Source: an uncultured Gammaproteobacteria bacterium (GTDB lineage: Bacteria > Patescibacteriota > Microgenomatia > Levybacterales > GWA1-39-11). Taken from it: a stretch of 64,000 nucleotides of DNA. A program made the position numbers and the translations under genes. This document shows, piece by piece, positions 18,381-28,728 of the stretch. The first letter of the stretch is position 1; every line of letters begins with the position of its first letter. The notes under the pieces were generated by a model. The model worked only from the letters and a program-made list of their open reading frames with translations, had not been told where the DNA came from and ran no database searches. The stretch lies in contig CAYPEN010000001.1 in assembly GCA_964409875.1 (NCBI GenBank), positions 70,362 to 134,361 of the forward strand. Direction: 5' to 3'.

Positions 18381-19528
18381 TCCGAAGGTATAGCAACTTT
18401 CATGACCCCGTTATTCCCACCCTTTAGAGTATAAGATAACGTAAGATATATATTTTTTACCTCCTTATCATATTTACATGTCCCACCGCCACCGGCACAA
18501 GTTCCCAGAACAACTTGACGCGTGAAAGAAGCGTTGTCTTGTAAAGTTTGCGTGCTTCCAATTACTCCACGTGGTACATAAGAGCCGTCGACCAGCGAAT
18601 CGTAATCCAATTCATAATCAAACGATTTGAGGAGTTCTGTTTTTGTGATAGTAATAACGACGTTATTTTTTGAAGCATCAAGTTGCGCTGTCAACCCGAT
18701 ATCCTGCGGCAAGAGATTAGCTGTTTGTGAGATAGATGGAGTCAAAGTAGGCTCAGTGAATTTGAATGTTGAGAGGATTTGGTCAAAATCAGACACACGT
18801 TTATCTGTTTTTTTCCCACTCATAGGTGCAGTGGACAATGCATAAAGATTGTTATCTTTGATAAATATAATTCTTTTTTCAAATGGTAAAACTTCCGCGG
18901 GATATCCTTTAACAGCAGTCCCAATATACACAGCAGCTGTTGTATTATCAATATTAATATCTGATATTCTTTCAAATAAAGTTCCGATTATTTGCATTTT
19001 CTCACCTTTTTTTATTGTTAATAGTTTTTCATCGTCCTGCCGATTTTGTACAAGATAAGCTGCATTTTTAATGTTGCTACCGTAAATATTGATAATTATG
19101 GGAGGAACATTTATCCCCGATTCTTTTGATGCTTCTGAGAAGTCTAGAATTTCGTAATCTGCATCATTGGTGTCCAATTGTTGTAATTCTAAATCTGAAG
19201 GGTATTTTAGGGCATACAAAAACTTAGAACTTGAATACGTTTTCCAATTTGCAGTCGGGTCGGGGGTCGGGGTAGGAGATGTTTGAATAATTGGTGAAGG
19301 AGAAGGAGTGGGTTTTGAAACAAGTTTCATTATCTGTGGTTTGAGGACTGTAAAACTGGCGGCAGCACCTCCTGCTAAAAGAAGAAAAATAATTATTCCA
19401 ATGATAGCCTTTATGGAAAGCTTGAACTTTCCTCCTGGCTGGTGGATATTAGGAAGAGGAGGTGTTTGCGTAGATTGCAAAACCTCTGGAGCGAGATTTT
19501 CAAGTTGTTGGTTTTGATTCTCTTCCAT
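18377..19528 (-). CDS. hypothetical membrane-anchored protein (paralog of 21536..22672)
   Basis: 383 aa. N-terminal region (KxSxxAIIGIIIFLLxxGGAAASFTVxKPQIMKLxSKPTPxP) nearly identical to 21536..22672. Confidence 0.45.
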   Translation of the reverse strand: MEENQNQQLENLAPEVLQSTQTPPLPNIHQPGGKFKLSIKAIIGIIIFLLLAGGAAASFTVLKPQIMKLVSKPTPSPSPIIQTSPTPTPDPTANWKTYSSSKFLYALKYPSDLELQQLDTNDADYEILDFSEASKESGINVPPIIINIYGSNIKNAAYLVQNRQDDEKLLTIKKGEKMQIIGTLFERISDINIDNTTAAVYIGTAVKGYPAEVLPFEKRIIFIKDNNLYALSTAPMSGKKTDKRVSDFDQILSTFKFTEPTLTPSISQTANLLPQDIGLTAQLDASKNNVVITITKTELLKSFDYELDYDSLVDGSYVPRGVIGSTQTLQDNASFTRQVVLGTCAGGGGTCKYDKEVKNIYLTLSYTLKGGNNGVMKVAIPSD

Positions 19529-19559
19529 AAATTTAGTGTTTCAAATTATTGAAAATAGT

Positions 19560-20186
19560 TCAAGGGGTAGGGAAGAATTTTGCTGTTGACATTATCTTGT
19601 CGAGCAAACCGCTATTTGCATCAATCAGCACTTTGTCATCGGATAAGAGGGCAAAATTGTAAACATAGCCATCTTTTTTAAAAAGGTTGTAATAAAAATA
19701 TCCCTCCTGCTTTTCCAGATTCGTGTTTGTTGCTCGTACTCCCTGATTTTGGTCAAGAATAATTTCCTGCGTTTTGAAATCTGAAATTTTTAGTGGCCCC
19801 TTTTTGACGAAATCATCAAGCGAGCCGTTGTATTTCCATGCATTCGCTTCAAAAAGAACGTTGTATGTCGGAATGCCGTCATTTTCTTTCTTTTTGTAAG
19901 CTATGCCTTTAACTTTTTGATACGTATCGGTAAATGTTTCAACGGTGAAATTGCTCAATATGTAGTCAGGGTACTTGAATGAAAAAAAGAAATCATTATT
20001 TTGATACGTTTTCCAATTGCTTGTTTCTTGTATGTTTTCATTTGGAATTTTAACCACTGTTGGTTTTTTCATTGTCAGGAGCAAGAGGGCAAAGAGTGGA
20101 AAAAGGAGGGCGATAATAAGAAAATCGAGTGGAAGACGGAATTTCTTTTTAGCAATTTGTTTATGAACTTTTTTTGCCTTTTTCAT
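19560..20186 (-). CDS. hypothetical membrane-anchored protein
   Basis: 208 aa. Basic N-terminus plus a TM helix. Confidence 0.4.
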   Translation of the reverse strand: MKKAKKVHKQIAKKKFRLPLDFLIIALLFPLFALLLLTMKKPTVVKIPNENIQETSNWKTYQNNDFFFSFKYPDYILSNFTVETFTDTYQKVKGIAYKKKENDGIPTYNVLFEANAWKYNGSLDDFVKKGPLKISDFKTQEIILDQNQGVRATNTNLEKQEGYFYYNLFKKDGYVYNFALLSDDKVLIDANSGLLDKIMSTAKFFPTP

Positions 20187-20191
20187 GATTA

Positions 20192-21439
20192 TTATCCATT
20201 TGCAAACGTTTTTAATTCACTTCTTGACTTATCAATAGCTGCCAATTGCATTACTTTTTCTCTTATGCCCTTGTTTCTCGTAATTGAAGTAGGGGGAATT
20301 TCACCTTTTCTAACACTTTCTATTAAATGAACCATTTCATCTTTATCATAATTTTTGTTGGAACCCTCTATGTTTTCATCCAGTTGGTTGATGGCAAAAA
20401 TTAACTCATCCCAAGATTTTACTTTTTCGATGGGAGGATTTAATTTATCTACGTCTTCAGCAGTTACCATTTTTGTAAGTCCACTACTGTTTCTAACCAT
20501 TAATCTATTACCATCTCTTTTTATGATAAACCAATCATCATCGACCGATCCATCAGATCTTTCTATGCGTATCATTGTGCCGGGAATGAGCCTATATGGT
20601 TTTTCAGCTTCTGGTTCTGTTTGAGTTCTATCGTTCTTTTCAACTGTTGTATCCGAGTTGTTGAGTATATCTACCACGAGTGCAGTTTGATCATCCATTT
20701 TTTTCCCACCAAGAGAATATTCTCTCGCTTTTTTTACAAGAGAATTTGCAGCTTCTGTGGGATTACCTTTATTGTCTTGCAGAGCTTTGAGAAATTCTTT
20801 CTCAATATCTTCACCTAATGCGTCAGATATACCGTCAGAAATACCAATAACTTGATCGTCTGGTAATATATCAAAAATACCCACTTTGGGATCTATATCT
20901 TTTTGTCCAACAGCCTGGGTTAGTACGTTTCCTCGTCCTATTTCTGCTAAATCATCGTCGGTAGTTAGTTGAATAAGTTTTCCTTCTCTAAAGATATAAA
21001 TCCGGCTGTCTCCTACATTGCCGACTACAAGTTTTTTTTCTTCATTTTTTCCTTCCCACAAAATACCAAGTGATGCCGTGGTTCCCATGTCTTTGAGGTC
21101 ACCAATTGCCTTATTTTTTATCGCAGAATGAGCTTCTAAGATTAAGCTTTTTACCAATCCTTCAGTTTGTTCCAGCGACAAATTTGGGTTTATGTTTCCA
21201 TTTTCAATTCTGTTGGAAACCGTATGTAGCGCTGTGGACGATGCGTCAGCACCTCCTTTATGACCTCCCATGCCATCAAAAATTGCAAATACTTTGAGAG
21301 GTGATTTACTGTCTGATGACATAAAAGCTGCATCCTCGTTGTATTCATGTTTGATGCTTTTGAGAGTTGCAGCGCCCATTTTAATGTCCGGGTTTTCGTT
21401 CCTTTCAGTATGCTCGTAAACTTCTGGGTTGTTGTTCAT
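20192..21439 (-). CDS. PP2C-family Ser/Thr protein phosphatase with C-terminal extension
   Basis: 415 aa. FAIFDGMGGHKGGADAS and GDSRIYIF PP2C metal-binding motifs. Confidence 0.75.
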   Translation of the reverse strand: MNNNPEVYEHTERNENPDIKMGAATLKSIKHEYNEDAAFMSSDSKSPLKVFAIFDGMGGHKGGADASSTALHTVSNRIENGNINPNLSLEQTEGLVKSLILEAHSAIKNKAIGDLKDMGTTASLGILWEGKNEEKKLVVGNVGDSRIYIFREGKLIQLTTDDDLAEIGRGNVLTQAVGQKDIDPKVGIFDILPDDQVIGISDGISDALGEDIEKEFLKALQDNKGNPTEAANSLVKKAREYSLGGKKMDDQTALVVDILNNSDTTVEKNDRTQTEPEAEKPYRLIPGTMIRIERSDGSVDDDWFIIKRDGNRLMVRNSSGLTKMVTAEDVDKLNPPIEKVKSWDELIFAINQLDENIEGSNKNYDKDEMVHLIESVRKGEIPPTSITRNKGIREKVMQLAAIDKSRSELKTFANG

Positions 21440-21535
21440 AATTTCAGTTTTTCATAGCTTGTGAAAGTAGTCAATAGATATTAGAAGTAGCATGAGGAAT
21501 AATTGGAAAATCTATGGAGAAATGGAAAAAAGTCT

Positions 21536-22672
21536 TTATATGCTGGAGCACCAAAAACACATGTTGCCGGTTGAGACACAACTCCTGTCCACTTTACCGA
21601 ATGAGTCGTAAATTGTTTCAGGTTTTTGTTGCTCCTTTATGGATTGAGGTTTGTAACAAATATTTAGTTTGCTTTCGGTAGAGTTAACAAAAATTTTTGA
21701 AATTGATTGACTATTCGTCGATAAAAACGAGCCTTTTAATTCTCCTTCATCTATCAGAAGGCTTATGCAGGGAACCATTTGACTTAACGAAGTGCCGTTA
21801 GGAGTTGCCGTTGCGCTTGATTGGCAGGGACCGGTTGTACTCCATGGAAAACCTGCATGTGTCGTGTAATATCTTATATTTGCGTTCGAAAACTCGACAA
21901 GGGTGTTGCGCGTGTCTTCATCTTGCCGTTCTAATGCTGGTTGGTTATCGACTGAATTTTCAGTGAATTTGAAGGTGGAGAGGATTTTTTCTGCAGTCTG
22001 GTGTTCTAAACTATTTTTTATGAAAGTATCACTGACAGGAACTTCTTTTACGGCTTGGTCATACTTCTCATGTTCGAAAATAAATTGCTCTCCAGAACTA
22101 CCATATGCAATATTAGGAACCAGAGATTTAGAAATTGAATCATATTTTACGACTCTAATATAATGTGCTATCTTACCTTTTGCTTCTTCAATATCCGACC
22201 GTGCCGGACCAAGTGCAGCAAACCCTAAATATTTTTCTTTGCCAGATATATAACTATGATCGGTTATGTTCCAACCCTGTGGGTATTTAAAAGTAAAACC
22301 TAACTGGCTATTTGTGAATGTTTGCCAGTTGATAGTCTCATGTGACGAAGGTACAGTATAGGGGGTTGGAGTAGGGCTTTGAACAGTTGGTGTCGGAGTG
22401 GGCGTGGGTTTTGAGATAAGTTTCATAATTTGCGGTTTGAAAACGGTAAAACTGGCGGCCGCTCCACCGGAGACCAATAAAAATATGATAATTCCGATTA
22501 TTGCGCCAACTGAGAATTTAGGTTGTGCCGCCTTCGCCTTTTGCTCCAGCGAGCCAGAGGGTTTGTCAGCATTTGAAACGGGTGGAGCTGACGGAGTTTG
22601 AGCGTCATTAGCAACAGAAGAAGTCTGTTGAGAATTAGTTGAATCAAGGTTACTTTTGGTGTTTTCTTCCAC
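21536..22672 (-). CDS. hypothetical membrane-anchored protein (paralog of 18377..19528)
   Basis: 378 aa. Shares an N-terminal ~60 aa block with 18377..19528. Confidence 0.45.
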   Translation of the reverse strand: MEENTKSNLDSTNSQQTSSVANDAQTPSAPPVSNADKPSGSLEQKAKAAQPKFSVGAIIGIIIFLLVSGGAAASFTVFKPQIMKLISKPTPTPTPTVQSPTPTPYTVPSSHETINWQTFTNSQLGFTFKYPQGWNITDHSYISGKEKYLGFAALGPARSDIEEAKGKIAHYIRVVKYDSISKSLVPNIAYGSSGEQFIFEHEKYDQAVKEVPVSDTFIKNSLEHQTAEKILSTFKFTENSVDNQPALERQDEDTRNTLVEFSNANIRYYTTHAGFPWSTTGPCQSSATATPNGTSLSQMVPCISLLIDEGELKGSFLSTNSQSISKIFVNSTESKLNICYKPQSIKEQQKPETIYDSFGKVDRSCVSTGNMCFWCSSI

Positions 22673-22721
22673 ACACTAAGTATTCGGTATAAAGACACCT
22701 TTTGTCAACAAAAAATGAGGG

Positions 22722-23093
22722 TTAATTCATAGACTCCCAAGGAGTTGCGAGTTGGAAATAGTTTCCGTCCGGGTCCTCAAAAGTTGCAAGCATTGCATTT
22801 GGGTCTTCACCCGGATGATACGGCTCTGCTATAACTTTTGTCCCCAATTCCTTTATCCTCTTAAATTCTCCCTCAACATCCTTCGTTTCAAAATTGATTA
22901 TAATGCGTTCTGGATTTTGACTCTTCCCATGTACTTTATCATGCGGCCCAATTGTGACAGCGCCATTTCCTACCATAAAACCCATATATCTTCCTTCAGC
23001 CCAACCTGGTTCCATTTCAAAAACCTTCTTGTAGAAGTTTCCCAACTCTTCGGGATTTTCGGAAAATAATAATATTGAATTGAAATTAAGCAT
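22722..23093 (-). CDS. VOC/glyoxalase-bleomycin resistance family protein
   Basis: 123 aa. Two beta-alpha-beta-beta-beta modules with the metal-ligand pattern of VOC proteins. Confidence 0.55.
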   Translation of the reverse strand: MLNFNSILLFSENPEELGNFYKKVFEMEPGWAEGRYMGFMVGNGAVTIGPHDKVHGKSQNPERIIINFETKDVEGEFKRIKELGTKVIAEPYHPGEDPNAMLATFEDPDGNYFQLATPWESMN

Positions 23094-23128
23094 AATTCAC
23101 CTCCCTTCTTTTTAATTATATTGTAAGT

Positions 23129-23674
23129 TTAGGCACTTTGCAGATGCAATGCAGTTAAGGGACGAAGTTCAATTGGGGGGTTTTGTTGGGAAAGCTGTTG
23201 TTTTTCCGAAACTGCAAGCGTGGTAAAGGCTCCAAGTTTTACATATGGATTTTCAAGGGAAGTAAAGTGTTCAGAAAGGTCTGGATTTGTTGCAGAGCGA
23301 TAGGGAACAGAAAGTTGTAAAAGCTCCTTGCCCTTGCCCTTTTCAATTGTTTCTGTGAAGTCGTAGAGGTATTGTCTTTGCTTAGTGTAGTCGCGCGCAT
23401 TATGCATCAATTCTGTTACAAACGACGAAATCGTTTCATCTGAGACATCAAACCCGTCAGGTGTGAAATTGCCGATAATTTTTTTTGCATAATTTGCTCC
23501 TCTTGTGAAATTCTGTTGTTGGGAGGAAGGCATTGTTTGTTCCAGGAAATCAATAAGTCTTGTGAAATTATCGGTAGGTAAAGACAAACCTTCTTTCGCA
23601 GGAGTGGCTCTTTCAACAACTTTTCGCAATGGCTTTCTATAGTCTTTTTTCCTGGTAGACAATTCAATACTCAT
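23129..23674 (-). CDS. hypothetical protein
   Basis: 181-aa ORF, no motif. Confidence 0.4.
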   Translation of the reverse strand: MSIELSTRKKDYRKPLRKVVERATPAKEGLSLPTDNFTRLIDFLEQTMPSSQQQNFTRGANYAKKIIGNFTPDGFDVSDETISSFVTELMHNARDYTKQRQYLYDFTETIEKGKGKELLQLSVPYRSATNPDLSEHFTSLENPYVKLGAFTTLAVSEKQQLSQQNPPIELRPLTALHLQSA

Positions 23675-23878
23675 GGTAAAAGAATAAAAGCTGGCAGTAT
23701 GAACGGGGGGTAGATTGAGTGAGAACTGTGTATGAAAATTAAGAGAATCTAAGAAATGCCCAAATCAAAAAAGCAACAATTAACGCAAATGAAGAAACGA
23801 TGTATACAAGAAGCTTATTTTTAAAAAAGCCGTTCAACATAATTACATTATATAGTCAAACGGCTTCTTTTGTAATTA

Positions 23879-24085
23879 TCACTTTTGATTTACATTAACA
23901 TCAAACCTGCCCGGAACATTGATTTGGGGCGTCGTTGTCCCTCCACCTCCGGTTATTAACCCCCTTCCAAAGTAGTAGAAAAGGAACAGTATCAATGCGA
24001 CAGCTAAGAGAACGCCAAAAATTGCACCTAAGCTATTTCCTCCGTTATCCGCTGATGTTTCGTGTTCATGAATTACCTCAACCAT
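23879..24085 (-). CDS. small membrane protein
   Basis: 68 aa with a single TM helix and a Gly-rich tail. Confidence 0.3.
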   Translation of the reverse strand: MVEVIHEHETSADNGGNSLGAIFGVLLAVALILFLFYYFGRGLITGGGGTTTPQINVPGRFDVNVNQK

Positions 24086-24170
24086 ATAACACCTCCTTTC
24101 TTGCTACATAGTAAAATTTTGATTTGAAAATGCGACAGCAATAATGTCAGAATAGGGAAAGAGATTTTAT

Positions 24171-25259
24171 ATGGATGAAGCTGTTGCTCTTGCATTTTCC
24201 TCTTCAAATTTTGGACCCAAAAAATTTCAAAGTATTTTGAATCACTTTGAAAGTCTTGAAAAAGCATGGAACGGTACAAAAGATGAGTATTACGAATTGG
24301 GTATAAAGAATAAAGGATTTGAGGCATTCGATGCATTTAGAAAGAAATTTAATGTCGATAGGTATATATCAACGCTAAAAAAGGAAAAAGTTGTATTTAT
24401 CCCATTTCTAAACGATAAATACCCGGTTAGCTTAAAAAAATTAGAAAATCCTCCGATTGGAATCTATGTGAAAGGCAATGCTAAGCTTCTTCAAGAAAAA
24501 TTGTCTGTTGGAGTTGTAGGAACGAGAAAGATTACAACGTATGGGAGGAGCGTCACAGAAAATATCGTTGCCGAATTAGTCCAAAATGATGTTTGTATAG
24601 TGTCTGGTCTTGCATTGGGAGTCGATGGAGCGGCACATAGGACTGCTGTTGCAAATAAAGGAAAAACGATTGCTGTTCTTGCTTGCGGAGTTGATTGTTG
24701 TAGACCGACTGAGAACTATAGTTTGTATCAAGAAATTTTGGAAAATAATGGCCTTATTATTTCCGAATATCCGCTGTCACTTCCTCCTCAAAAAGGAACA
24801 TTTCTAGCCAGGAATAGAATTATTGCGGCGCTGTCTGATGGAGTTTTAGTAACAGAAGCAGCGGAGGATTCAGGATCCCTCGTGACAGCTGAGTGGGGGT
24901 TTAAACTTTCAAAAAAAGTTTTTGCGGTTCCAGGACCGATAACATCCCGAATGTCTGACGGTAGTCTAAAGCTTTTGAAACACGGAGCAAAATTGGTGAC
25001 AAACGCAAGCGATATTATTGAAGAGTTTGGAATTAAGAATAACATATTAGGGATAAAATCGAAAATCAAAAGTTTGAAACTGTCGGAAGAAGAAGCGAAA
25101 ATAGTTTCACTTTTGGAAAATGAAGCTATGTCTCTTGATGAAATTTCCAAAAAACTTAGTACTCCCATTTCAAAGTTGTTTGTTGCGATTTCTCATTTGG
25201 AAATCAATGGAATTGTTAAAAATGAAAAAGGAACTATGAGGCTTACTATGCAAGGGTAG
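24171..25259 (+). CDS. dprA: DNA processing protein DprA (Smf)
   Basis: 362 aa. GVVGTRKITTYGRSVTENIVAELV...GLALGVDGAAH Rossmann-like DprA core. C-terminal winged-helix-like tail. Confidence 0.8.
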   Translation: MDEAVALAFSSSNFGPKKFQSILNHFESLEKAWNGTKDEYYELGIKNKGFEAFDAFRKKFNVDRYISTLKKEKVVFIPFLNDKYPVSLKKLENPPIGIYVKGNAKLLQEKLSVGVVGTRKITTYGRSVTENIVAELVQNDVCIVSGLALGVDGAAHRTAVANKGKTIAVLACGVDCCRPTENYSLYQEILENNGLIISEYPLSLPPQKGTFLARNRIIAALSDGVLVTEAAEDSGSLVTAEWGFKLSKKVFAVPGPITSRMSDGSLKLLKHGAKLVTNASDIIEEFGIKNNILGIKSKIKSLKLSEEEAKIVSLLENEAMSLDEISKKLSTPISKLFVAISHLEINGIVKNEKGTMRLTMQG

Positions 25260-26631
25260 GTTGGAATTTCTGGAATTCATGAATATCTTGTATCTCACCA
25301 GCCGCAGTTTTGAGTAAATATACGTTATTGCCAGGGATATTCATCCATTCATGGAAGAAATTCTCCTTTAACGCACCCTCTAAAAGACTTGCGGATGCTG
25401 CTCTGCTGCTGGTTTCAATGATAAGCGAAGAGGCTTGAGAGAAAGCCTTTTCTGGCTGTAAGTAGTGGGCAACAGCTTCGGAAAGCGGATATTCGATTTG
25501 TTCTATTCCTTCATTAAGTGCTGCCTGACTAATTTGCACTTCTTTCCTCATCTGACCACGTGCGGTAGGAAGCATTTCCTTCTGTCGTGCGGAACTAACC
25601 ACAAAAAGCGCGCCCGGAATGTCTGAAAGTTCGGGGAATCTATTTCCCTGATGCCATGGATTGGTTGTCCATAGCACAGCCCTTACCTGGTTTTGTACCC
25701 GGTTCATTTTTTCAAAATTTGGATACCTTTCTTTAAGCGTTGCAATTTCATCTTTTTGAGATTGTATATAGTCACGAAAAACCGCAAAATTATCAGGTAG
25801 GTCATCAGGATTTATTGTAGGCAAACCTCCTTCGTAAATTCTATTGGGGTCATAAAGCTCAGGGGAAAGGTATCGTGGATCAAGTCTGCTGCTTCTTGCA
25901 ACATACATTGTTCCGTTTCTTCTTTGCTGTGCGGCTATAAGTTTTATCTCTCCAGTTATATGATCCTCTACCATAGCCGCTACCGGAGTTTCAGTCATTT
26001 GTGCCAATTCAAGAGAGGCTAGATACGTCTGAACAACGGGGTCAGAGTGGAATATTTTCTCTTTCGCAAATCCTTTGATAGAGCCGGGAGCTGCTTCCGC
26101 AACCACTCCTGCCTCAAGAAGTTGCTTTAGACCCAAACCTCCACATCCGTCCTTCGTTATATCTTCAATAGTAATATTGTCTTTTTGGAGTGCTTCTTCA
26201 ACCGAAATTCCATTGAGGTGAGCAAGATTGGCCGTTGCTCGTGTTGTTCTATGGTCGAGTAATTTTTGGTAGAGCTGACGCGTTCCACCTGTAGCTATAG
26301 TGTGAATTACTCGAGATCGCCTTTTTCGTGGTACCCTGACTCTGGCATCTGAGCAGTCAATAGTATTCTCAACCTGTCCACCATCAATCGTTTCTTGCAA
26401 TGCATCTCTATTTGCTTGAGCGTCGTTTGAGTGATTGTCATTCCAAAGAAATTCGGCGGTAACTGGAGGAAGAAGATGCGATGATGAAGGTCCCGTTTCA
26501 GATCCGGCAAGGCCGCCGCTCAATACGGTTTCAGTTGTATTCTGCAATGATTGTTCAGTTGGGCCAATTTCAATTCCTCCTCCGAATGAAGTACCTGCAG
26601 CGTCTTGTGGTGCTCTTTCAAATTCGACCAT
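25246..26631 (-). CDS. hypothetical protein
   Basis: 461 aa. HTIATGGTR segment weakly reminiscent of the asparaginase-type TGGT motif. Unassigned. Confidence 0.4.
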   Translation of the reverse strand: MVEFERAPQDAAGTSFGGGIEIGPTEQSLQNTTETVLSGGLAGSETGPSSSHLLPPVTAEFLWNDNHSNDAQANRDALQETIDGGQVENTIDCSDARVRVPRKRRSRVIHTIATGGTRQLYQKLLDHRTTRATANLAHLNGISVEEALQKDNITIEDITKDGCGGLGLKQLLEAGVVAEAAPGSIKGFAKEKIFHSDPVVQTYLASLELAQMTETPVAAMVEDHITGEIKLIAAQQRRNGTMYVARSSRLDPRYLSPELYDPNRIYEGGLPTINPDDLPDNFAVFRDYIQSQKDEIATLKERYPNFEKMNRVQNQVRAVLWTTNPWHQGNRFPELSDIPGALFVVSSARQKEMLPTARGQMRKEVQISQAALNEGIEQIEYPLSEAVAHYLQPEKAFSQASSLIIETSSRAASASLLEGALKENFFHEWMNIPGNNVYLLKTAAGEIQDIHEFQKFQPTLA

Positions 26632-26727
26632 ATTTCACACAAAAAATGATTATAGACCTATAGAATTAGTCAGTCAAGGGATATATGACTTGTAAAATTT
26701 CTCTGTAGGATTATAATATTTCTTTGT

Positions 26728-27132
26728 ATGTCACAAGCCGGAGAAACATTTTTTACTTCAGTCGGGTGCATGGACGGACGTGTCCAAAAGGCCGTAAATA
26801 GATACGCTTCGCTTATCTTTGGAGCGGAATACGCAGACACTGTCACAAAGGCAGGGCTTGATGGTCTTTTTGCAGCAAAAGAAGTAAATAAAGAACTATA
26901 CGAGTCAGTAAGGAGCATGGTGCTTGTTTCGGTCGACAAACATCACAGTTATGGCATAGTCGTTCATGGGCATGAAGGGTGTGCGGGTAACCCTGTCGAA
27001 GATGCTCAGCATAAGAAAGACATCAAAAAATCCGTCGAAGTGATAAAAAAGATGGTGAGAGGGAAAAAAGTAGAGGTAAGAGGAGTGTATATAAAACTTG
27101 CACCCCGTGTAAAAGTAGTCGAGGTTGTGTAG
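26728..27132 (+). CDS. beta-carbonic-anhydrase-like protein (putative)
   Basis: 134 aa. GCMDGRV and HGHEGCAGN resemble the CxDxR and HxxCGG zinc-ligand motifs of beta-class carbonic anhydrase. Confidence 0.35.
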   Translation: MSQAGETFFTSVGCMDGRVQKAVNRYASLIFGAEYADTVTKAGLDGLFAAKEVNKELYESVRSMVLVSVDKHHSYGIVVHGHEGCAGNPVEDAQHKKDIKKSVEVIKKMVRGKKVEVRGVYIKLAPRVKVVEVV

Positions 27133-27137
27133 TGCCC

Positions 27138-27166
27138 TTGACCTTTGAGCGTAGATTTGCTAAACT
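27138..27166 (+). promoter_or_regulatory. sigma70-like promoter upstream of rplJ (TTGACC-17 nt-TAAACT)
   Basis: -35/-10 hexamers with a 17-nt spacer. Confidence 0.45.
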
Positions 27167-27231
27167 ACACAAGTCCTAAGACAGTGAGTGTGTGACAGAC
27201 AGAAATCTCACCGAGGAAAACTTCAATTTTC

Positions 27232-27259
27232 AACGTCTTGGGAAAGACGTTTTTTTTTG
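27232..27259 (+). promoter_or_regulatory. rplJ leader hairpin + U-run (attenuator)
   Basis: aacgtctt-ggga-aagacgtt followed by ttttttttt. Lies between the promoter and the rplJ start, as in L10(L12)4-autoregulated leaders. Confidence 0.45.
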
Positions 27260-27298
27260 GCCAGTCTCGCCAAGCGAGTCTAGGCGGAGAAAATTACT

Positions 27299-27820
27299 AT
27301 GCCAAATCTAAAAAATCAACAATCATTAACAGAAATTAAAGAAAAGCTTGAAAAGGCCCAAGCTGTTTTTATGGTTGATTACACCGGTCTTACCCATCTG
27401 CAACTTGAGGAATTTAGACATGACTTAGCAACAGCAAAAGCAGAGGCAGCAGTCCTCAAAAATACCCTTGTTAACATTGCGTTAACAGAGAAGAAGATCG
27501 ATGCAACTGACCAGTTAAAGGGTCCCCATGCAGTCATTTTTGCATATGAAGACCCAATTGCTACTGCAAAAACCATACTTGCATTCAACAAAAAATATCA
27601 ACTTCCCGTAATCAAATTCGGAATTTTTGAGAATGCAATAATTGATGAGGGAAAAATTACCCAGCTTTCGACTATTCCTCCAAAAGAGGTGCTTATTGCA
27701 AAGCTTTTGGGACTTTTGAATTCACCAATTACCAATTTGGTATACGACTTAAATTTCAATATTCAGAAACTCGCTCAATTGTTAAAAGCAATTGAAGAGA
27801 AGAAAGGAAAATCCGTATAA
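27299..27820 (+). CDS. rplJ: 50S ribosomal protein L10
   Basis: 173 aa. L10 fold and position upstream of rplL. Confidence 0.9.
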   Translation: MPNLKNQQSLTEIKEKLEKAQAVFMVDYTGLTHLQLEEFRHDLATAKAEAAVLKNTLVNIALTEKKIDATDQLKGPHAVIFAYEDPIATAKTILAFNKKYQLPVIKFGIFENAIIDEGKITQLSTIPPKEVLIAKLLGLLNSPITNLVYDLNFNIQKLAQLLKAIEEKKGKSV

Positions 27821-27842
27821 AGATTGGAGGTGACGACATATT

Positions 27843-28241
27843 ATGGCAAAAATGAACCAAGAAGATTTACTAAAAGCAATTGAAGAAATGTCAGTTCTCG
27901 AACTTTCAGAGCTTGTAAAAGCATTGGAAGAGAAATTCGGAGTCACAGCAGCAGCACCTATGATGGCAGCAGCACCAGCAGGTGCAGCTCCAGCAGGAGA
28001 AGCGGCAGGCGAAGAAGCAGAAGAGCAGACTATCTTTAATGTCGTCATCACTTCAGCCGGAGCAAATAAATTGGGCGTAATTAAGACTTTGCGAGAATTA
28101 GCCCCAACTTTGGGACTTAAAGAAGCAAAAGACTTAGTTGATGCAGCTCCAAAAGAAGTTTTGATGCAAGTAAATAAAAAGACTGCCGACGAGGCAAAGG
28201 AGAAACTTACTGCTGCGGGTGCAACCGTAGAATTAAAATAA
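27843..28241 (+). CDS. rplL: 50S ribosomal protein L7/L12
   Basis: 132 aa. N-terminal dimerisation helix, Ala/Glu hinge, C-terminal domain ([10 protein letters not shown]...ATVELK). Confidence 0.92.
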   Translation: MAKMNQEDLLKAIEEMSVLELSELVKALEEKFGVTAAAPMMAAAPAGAAPAGEAAGEEAEEQTIFNVVITSAGANKLGVIKTLRELAPTLGLKEAKDLVDAAPKEVLMQVNKKTADEAKEKLTAAGATVELK

Positions 28242-28262
28242 TCCTGAACTTTTTAAAACTAA

Positions 28263-28292
28263 AAAACCCTCCCAAGTTGGAGGGTTTTTTGT
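28263..28292 (+). terminator. rho-independent terminator after rplL
   Basis: ccctccaa-gt-ttggaggg + tttttt. A second hairpin (ccccc...ggggg + T run) follows at ~28314-28346. Confidence 0.7.
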
Positions 28293-28419
28293 TGGCAACT
28301 TTTTATATCAAAACTCCCCCGAAGTCTTGCACGAAGGGGGATTTTTTGTGGGAGTTTGTCAGAATTTTGTCATGAAAAGGATTTTGTTTTTGTTGTAAAA
28401 TTTCTTTTTAAAACCGAGT

Positions 28420-28617
28420 ATGGCTGCTATTGAAAAATCTGTTTTTGCAACTCTTCCACCGGAACAATTTATCGCATACTTAGAAAATCATGGAATAACG
28501 CCTACTCCTTCTGAAAGGCAACCACTTTTTAAGGATAAAGTTGAATTATACGTTGGAGTAGAACAAGTTGTAAACCAAACCGATGGATGGCCTGTTGGTG
28601 AGACCTCGGCAAAGTAA
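28420..28617 (+). CDS. small hypothetical protein
   Basis: 65-aa ORF, no motif. Confidence 0.3.
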   Translation: MAAIEKSVFATLPPEQFIAYLENHGITPTPSERQPLFKDKVELYVGVEQVVNQTDGWPVGETSAK

Positions 28618-28728
28618 CATCTTCCCTAGGTTAAAACCTTGGGTATTCCTCGCAAGGAAGATGTTTTTCCTCTTCAATTCATCTCCGTTCTTGAAAGAAC
28701 GGAGTTTTCTTGAGGTATTCAATAATAG